Below, one piece after another: positions 18,038-21,170 of a stretch of DNA of 21,170 nucleotides. Position 1 is the stretch's first letter; each line of letters starts with the position of its first letter. The DNA lies in the NCBI GenBank assembly GCA_046726415.1, contig JBKPAK010000030.1, positions 1 to 21,170 on the forward strand. Direction: 5' to 3'. The notes beneath the pieces are model-generated. The model was given only the letters and a program-made list of their open reading frames with translations, made no database searches and was not told the origin of the DNA. The DNA comes from Candidatus Methylomirabilota bacterium. Its GTDB lineage: Bacteria; Methylomirabilota; Methylomirabilia; Rokubacteriales; CSP1-6. Position numbers and translations under genes: made by a program.

Positions 18038-19555
18038 ATGAAGATCTACAACACGATGACTCGGAAGAAGGAGGATTTCGTTCCCCTGGCGCCAGGGGAA
18101 ATCCGGATGTACGTCTGCGGAGTCACCGTCTACGATCTCTCGCACATCGGGCACGCGCGCAGCGCCATCGTCTTCGACGTCATCCGCCGCTACCTCGCGT
18201 CGGTCGGGTATCGCGTGCGGTTCGTCAAGAACTTCACCGACGTGGACGACAGAATTATCCGGCGTGCCCAGGCCGACGGCGTGCCAGCGTCCGAGGTCTC
18301 CGAGCACTACGTGGCCGAGTACCGGGCGGACATGGAGGCGCTGGGGGTGCTGGCGCCCGACGTCGAGCCGAAGGCGACCGAACACATCGCGCAGATGATC
18401 CACTTGATCGAGCGCCTCCTTGCCGACGGTGTGGCCTATCTGGTCGACGGCGATGTGTACTTTGAGGTAGCCCGCTTTCCGGGCTACGGGAAGCTGTCGG
18501 GAAAAAACCTGGACGAGCTCCTGGCCGGCGCTCGGGTGGAGGTGGACGAGCGCAAGCGCGATCCGCGCGATTTCGCGCTCTGGAAGTCGGCCAAGCCGGG
18601 CGAGCCGTCCTGGGACAGTCCCTGGGGACTGGGCCGGCCGGGCTGGCACATCGAGTGCTCGGCGATGGCAATGGAATACCTCGGCGAGTCGTTCGACATT
18701 CACGGGGGCGGCGAGGACCTGGTGTTCCCCCACCACGAGTGTGAGATCGCCCAGTCCGAGGCGGCCACCGGCAGGCCGTTGGCGCGGTACTGGATCCACA
18801 ACGGCTTCGTCAACCTGGGCACCGAAAAGATGTCGAAGTCGCTCGGCAACACCGTCACCATCCGCGATCTTCTGAGGCGCCACGACCCAGAGGCGATCCG
18901 CCTCTACCTGGTCGGCACGCACTACCGCGCTCCGGTGGAGTGGGCTGAGGATGGGGTGGCCGACAGCTCGCGGGCTCTCGAGCGTCTGCGCGATCTCGTC
19001 CATGGTGAGCAAGAGCTAGAGGGCGAGTCGTCCGGCGACCCCGGCTCCCTGCCCCACCAAGTGTCGGCGTTCGGCGCGCGGTTTCGCGCCGCCATGGAGG
19101 ACGACTTCAACACGCCCCAGGCTCTGGCGGCAATCTTTGACCTGGCGAGCGCTCTGTACGCGTACCGCGATCAGATGCTGCTGGGGAAGCGAGCAGCGAC
19201 GCCGTTTCGGGAAGGCATCGGCGCTCTCGCGGCCCACGCTCGGGCGCTGGGACTCCTGGAGATGCCCGCTCCACAGCGTGAGGGCTGGGGCTTCATCCCC
19301 CGCGCCGCGACTGGCGCGGGATTGCCCGCTCGTCCGAGGCCCTATCATTTCTTCACTGCGCCCAGGGCCGATGCCCAGGAGGGCTGGTGGGCTCCCATCC
19401 ACGCTCATATCGAGGCCTTGATCGGCCGGCGTGATGAGGCGCGGGGTCGGCGCGAGTGGGCGCGCGCCGATGAGATCCGAACCGAGCTCGCCGCGATTGG
19501 AACCAGGATCGAGGACACCCCCGCCGGCACGCGCTGGAAGTGGAAGAGCATCTGA
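18038..19555 (+). CDS. cysS: Cysteine--tRNA ligase
   Basis: GGAGG then ATG 18038. [62 protein letters not shown]. Confidence 0.98.
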   Translation: MKIYNTMTRKKEDFVPLAPGEIRMYVCGVTVYDLSHIGHARSAIVFDVIRRYLASVGYRVRFVKNFTDVDDRIIRRAQADGVPASEVSEHYVAEYRADMEALGVLAPDVEPKATEHIAQMIHLIERLLADGVAYLVDGDVYFEVARFPGYGKLSGKNLDELLAGARVEVDERKRDPRDFALWKSAKPGEPSWDSPWGLGRPGWHIECSAMAMEYLGESFDIHGGGEDLVFPHHECEIAQSEAATGRPLARYWIHNGFVNLGTEKMSKSLGNTVTIRDLLRRHDPEAIRLYLVGTHYRAPVEWAEDGVADSSRALERLRDLVHGEQELEGESSGDPGSLPHQVSAFGARFRAAMEDDFNTPQALAAIFDLASALYAYRDQMLLGKRAATPFREGIGALAAHARALGLLEMPAPQREGWGFIPRAATGAGLPARPRPYHFFTAPRADAQEGWWAPIHAHIEALIGRRDEARGRREWARADEIRTELAAIGTRIEDTPAGTRWKWKSI

Positions 19556-20295
19556 GCGAAGGGCGCGTGTGGGGTCGCCATCCGGTGCTCGAGTTGCTCC
19601 GTGGCGGGGGGCGCCAGATCGACGAGATCGCCGTCCTCGTTGGCGCAGCGGGGCCGCTTGGCCAGATCGTGGCCCTTGCCCGGCGCTCGGGCGTCAAGGT
19701 TTCCTTCCGCACCCGCGAGCAACTCACGGCGATGGCGGGTTCACCCCAGCACCAGGGCGTGGTGGCCCGCGTCGCATCTGCCGAGTACGTCGATCTCGCG
19801 GCTCTGCTGGAGGTTCCCCGCTCTCACGGCCAGCCAGCATTCTTCTTGGTGCTCGATCAAATCCAGGATCCCCGCAATCTTGGGGCTTTGCTGAGGACTG
19901 CCGAGGCCCTCGGGGCCCACGGTGTTGTCGTTCCCAAGCACCACGCCGTGGGGCTGACAGGGGTCGTCGCCAGGACTGCGATGGGTGCTGTCGAGCACCT
20001 GCGGGTAGCGCGTGAGACCAATGTGGTCGCTGTCCTTGAAACGCTCAAAAAATCAGGTATTTGGGTGTACGGAGGTGTCTCGAACGGCGGCACCGCGCCA
20101 TGGCGGGTAGCGTTGACTGACCCCGTGTGCATCGTGCTTGGCGCAGAAGGCGAGGGCCTCCGGCCGCTCGTTGCGAGAACCTGCGACGGTCTGTTGACCA
20201 TCCCCATGGCGGGTCAGGTTGGTTCGCTGAATGTGGCGGCCGCCGGGGCGATTCTTTGCTACGAGGTGTGTCGCCAAAGGTCGCAACCCCCTTGA
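19540..20295 (+). CDS. rlmB: 23S rRNA (Gm2251) 2'-O-methyltransferase, SpoU/TrmH family
   Basis: WGRHPVLE, HQGVVA, LDQIQDPRNLGALLRTA, LGAEGEGL, IPMAGQVGSLNV. Canonical position after cysS. Start codon is uncertain. Confidence 0.93.
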   Translation: MEEHLSEGRVWGRHPVLELLRGGGRQIDEIAVLVGAAGPLGQIVALARRSGVKVSFRTREQLTAMAGSPQHQGVVARVASAEYVDLAALLEVPRSHGQPAFFLVLDQIQDPRNLGALLRTAEALGAHGVVVPKHHAVGLTGVVARTAMGAVEHLRVARETNVVAVLETLKKSGIWVYGGVSNGGTAPWRVALTDPVCIVLGAEGEGLRPLVARTCDGLLTIPMAGQVGSLNVAAAGAILCYEVCRQRSQPP

Positions 20296-20320
20296 CTTAG
20301 AGGTATCTTGATCCTAGAGT
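20292..20320 (+). promoter_or_regulatory. Putative sigma70 promoter of the tRNA-tuf operon
   Basis: TTGACT (20292-20297, overlapping the rlmB stop), 17-nt AT-rich spacer, TAGAGT (20315-20320), 14 nt before the first tRNA. Confidence 0.7.
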
Positions 20321-20334
20321 GAAGTTTTGTCTGT

Positions 20335-20409
20335 GCTGGCGTAGCTCAGGGGCAGAGCAACTGCCTTGTAAGCAGTGGGTCGGGGGTTCAAATCCTCCCG
20401 CCAGCGCCA
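20335..20409 (+). tRNA. tRNA-Thr(TGT)
   Basis: Acceptor GCTGGCG/CGCCAGC, anticodon arm ACTGC-CT-TGT-AA-GCAGT, T-loop TTCAAAT, encoded CCA. Confidence 0.95.
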
Positions 20410-20459
20410 GCTTTTCGGCTCAACTGTGGTCGAGGATTCCATCGCATGCCGGCAGGTTC

Positions 20460-20545
20460 GGGGAGGTACCCAAGTGGCCAAAGGGGGCAGACTGTAAATC
20501 TGCTGGCGTACGCCTTCGGGGGTTCAAATCCTCCCCTCCCCACCA
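20460..20545 (+). tRNA. tRNA-Tyr(GTA)
   Basis: Acceptor GGGGAGG/CCTCCCC, anticodon arm GCAGA-CT-GTA-AA-TCTGC, long variable arm GGCGTACGCC, encoded CCA. Confidence 0.96.
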
Positions 20546-20593
20546 CTTGCGGCAGTGTTGAGGCCGCGCAAGCCGCACGAGGCACGGGGATGA

Positions 20594-20668
20594 GCGGGAA
20601 TAGCTCAGCGGTAGAGCGCCAGCCTTCCAAGCTGGGGGTCGCGGGTTCGAATCCCGTTTCCCGCTCCA
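20594..20668 (+). tRNA. tRNA-Gly(TCC)
   Basis: Acceptor GCGGGAA/TTCCCGC, anticodon arm CCAGC-CT-TCC-AA-GCTGG, GTTCGAATC, U73 plus CCA. Confidence 0.96.
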
Positions 20669-20724
20669 TTGTTTGGCGAGCCGGTGATGGCCTGGAGCGC
20701 GTGAACACGATGGCGAAGGGTCTT

Positions 20725-20800
20725 GCCCATGTAGCTCAGTTGGCAGAGCACGCCCTTGGTAAGGGCGAGGTCTCCGGTTCAATCCCGGACATGGGCTCCA
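20725..20800 (+). tRNA. tRNA-Thr(GGT)
   Basis: Acceptor GCCCATG/CATGGGC, anticodon arm CGCCC-TT-GGT-AA-GGGCG, GTTCAATC, encoded CCA. Confidence 0.96.
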
Positions 20801-20803
20801 TTG

Positions 20804-20980
20804 TTGAGCGAGCCGCAGGACGGCGCGGGGCTGGGGTCCCGCCGTCCGAGGCGAGCGTGTCGAAAATTGAGCGAGCCGCAGGACGGCGCGGGGCTGGGGT
20901 CCCGCCGTCCGAGGCGAGCGTGTCGAAAATTGGGCGAGTCGCAGGACGGCGCGGGGCTGGGGCCCCGCCGTCCGAGGCGA
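20804..20980. repeat. Tandem direct repeat, 2.8 x 63 bp, each unit with an internal bulged hairpin, starting 3 nt after the tRNA-Thr CCA
   Basis: Units start at 20804, 20867 and 20930. Units 1 and 2 are identical. Unit 3 is 51 nt with 3 substitutions. Hairpin GGACGGC-GC-GGGGC-TGGG-G(T/C)CCC-GCCGTCC at 20818, 20881 and 20944. Confidence 0.95.
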
Positions 20981-21029
20981 CCACAAAGGATAAGAGTTCC
21001 GTGATCGCGAGCGTCGGGAGGCTCTAGGG

Positions 21030-21170
21030 ATGGCCAAGGCGAAGTACGAGCGGACGAAGCCGCACGTGAACGTGGGGACGATTGGGCACATTGACCACGG
21101 CAAGACGACGCTGACGGCGGCGATCACGAAGGTGCTGCACACGAGGAACAAGCTGATCGCGGTGCGGGAG
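21030..21170 (+). CDS. tuf: Elongation factor Tu (3'-truncated by window edge)
   Basis: GGGAGG 21016-21021, ATG 21030. [33 protein letters not shown]. Follows Thr-Tyr-Gly-Thr tRNAs as in the E. coli tufB operon. Confidence 0.97.
   Translation, partial: MAKAKYERTKPHVNVGTIGHIDHGKTTLTAAITKVLHTRNKLIAVRE

Noticed and set aside
20381..20535. Identical 19-nt T-arm segment CGGGGGTTCAAATCCTCCC in tRNA-Thr(TGT) and tRNA-Tyr
   Set aside because: T-arms are strongly constrained, so this is insufficient to infer gene conversion.
20725..20810. Integrative element att site at the tRNA-Thr 3' end
   Set aside because: No integrase and no duplicated tRNA 3' fragment in the window, and the tRNA-tuf linkage is intact.
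20804..20980. CRISPR array interpretation of the 63-bp repeat
   Set aside because: Units are head-to-tail with identical inter-hairpin sequence, so there are no unique spacers. No cas genes lie in the window.
20319..21151. ORFs of 80-243 aa across the tRNA cluster and repeat on both strands
   Set aside because: They overlap four intact tRNA genes. Their repeated peptides come from the 63-bp (21-codon) period.

Overview
GC-rich bacterial core-genome window with all credible genes on the + strand. Order: mfd (3' end), SurA/PrsA-like parvulin foldase, rho, rpmE, prfA, prmC, murA, hisG(short)-hisD-hisB-hisH-hisA-hisF-hisIE, an uncharacterised lipoprotein, an MlaE/MlaF/MlaD-like MCE ABC transporter, radA, ispD, ispF, cysS, rlmB, a tRNA cluster Thr(TGT)-Tyr(GTA)-Gly(TCC)-Thr(GGT), and tuf (5' end). 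Gene order and composition suggest a diderm of the Methylomirabilota (Rokubacteria)/Nitrospirota/deltaproteobacteria-like grade; this is inference only. I see no transposase, integrase, cas gene or CRISPR array, and no new system can be established from the sequence alone. The best unexplained signals are: (1) two tandem arrays of palindromic repeats (2 x 75 bp between mlaF and mlaD; 2.8 x 63 bp between tRNA-Thr and tuf) that share a 30-nt 7-bp/2-nt-bulge/5-bp/4-nt-loop hairpin architecture and several sequence blocks, with apparent decayed copies in the inter-tRNA spacers; (2) an 85-codon repeat-built ORF whose stop overlaps the mlaD start; (3) an MCE system with a long repeat-helical MlaD and a PsbP/DcrB-like lipoprotein, with no adjacent mlaA/B/C; (4) a ~50-aa linker in CysS whose DNA contains direct and inverted repeats.
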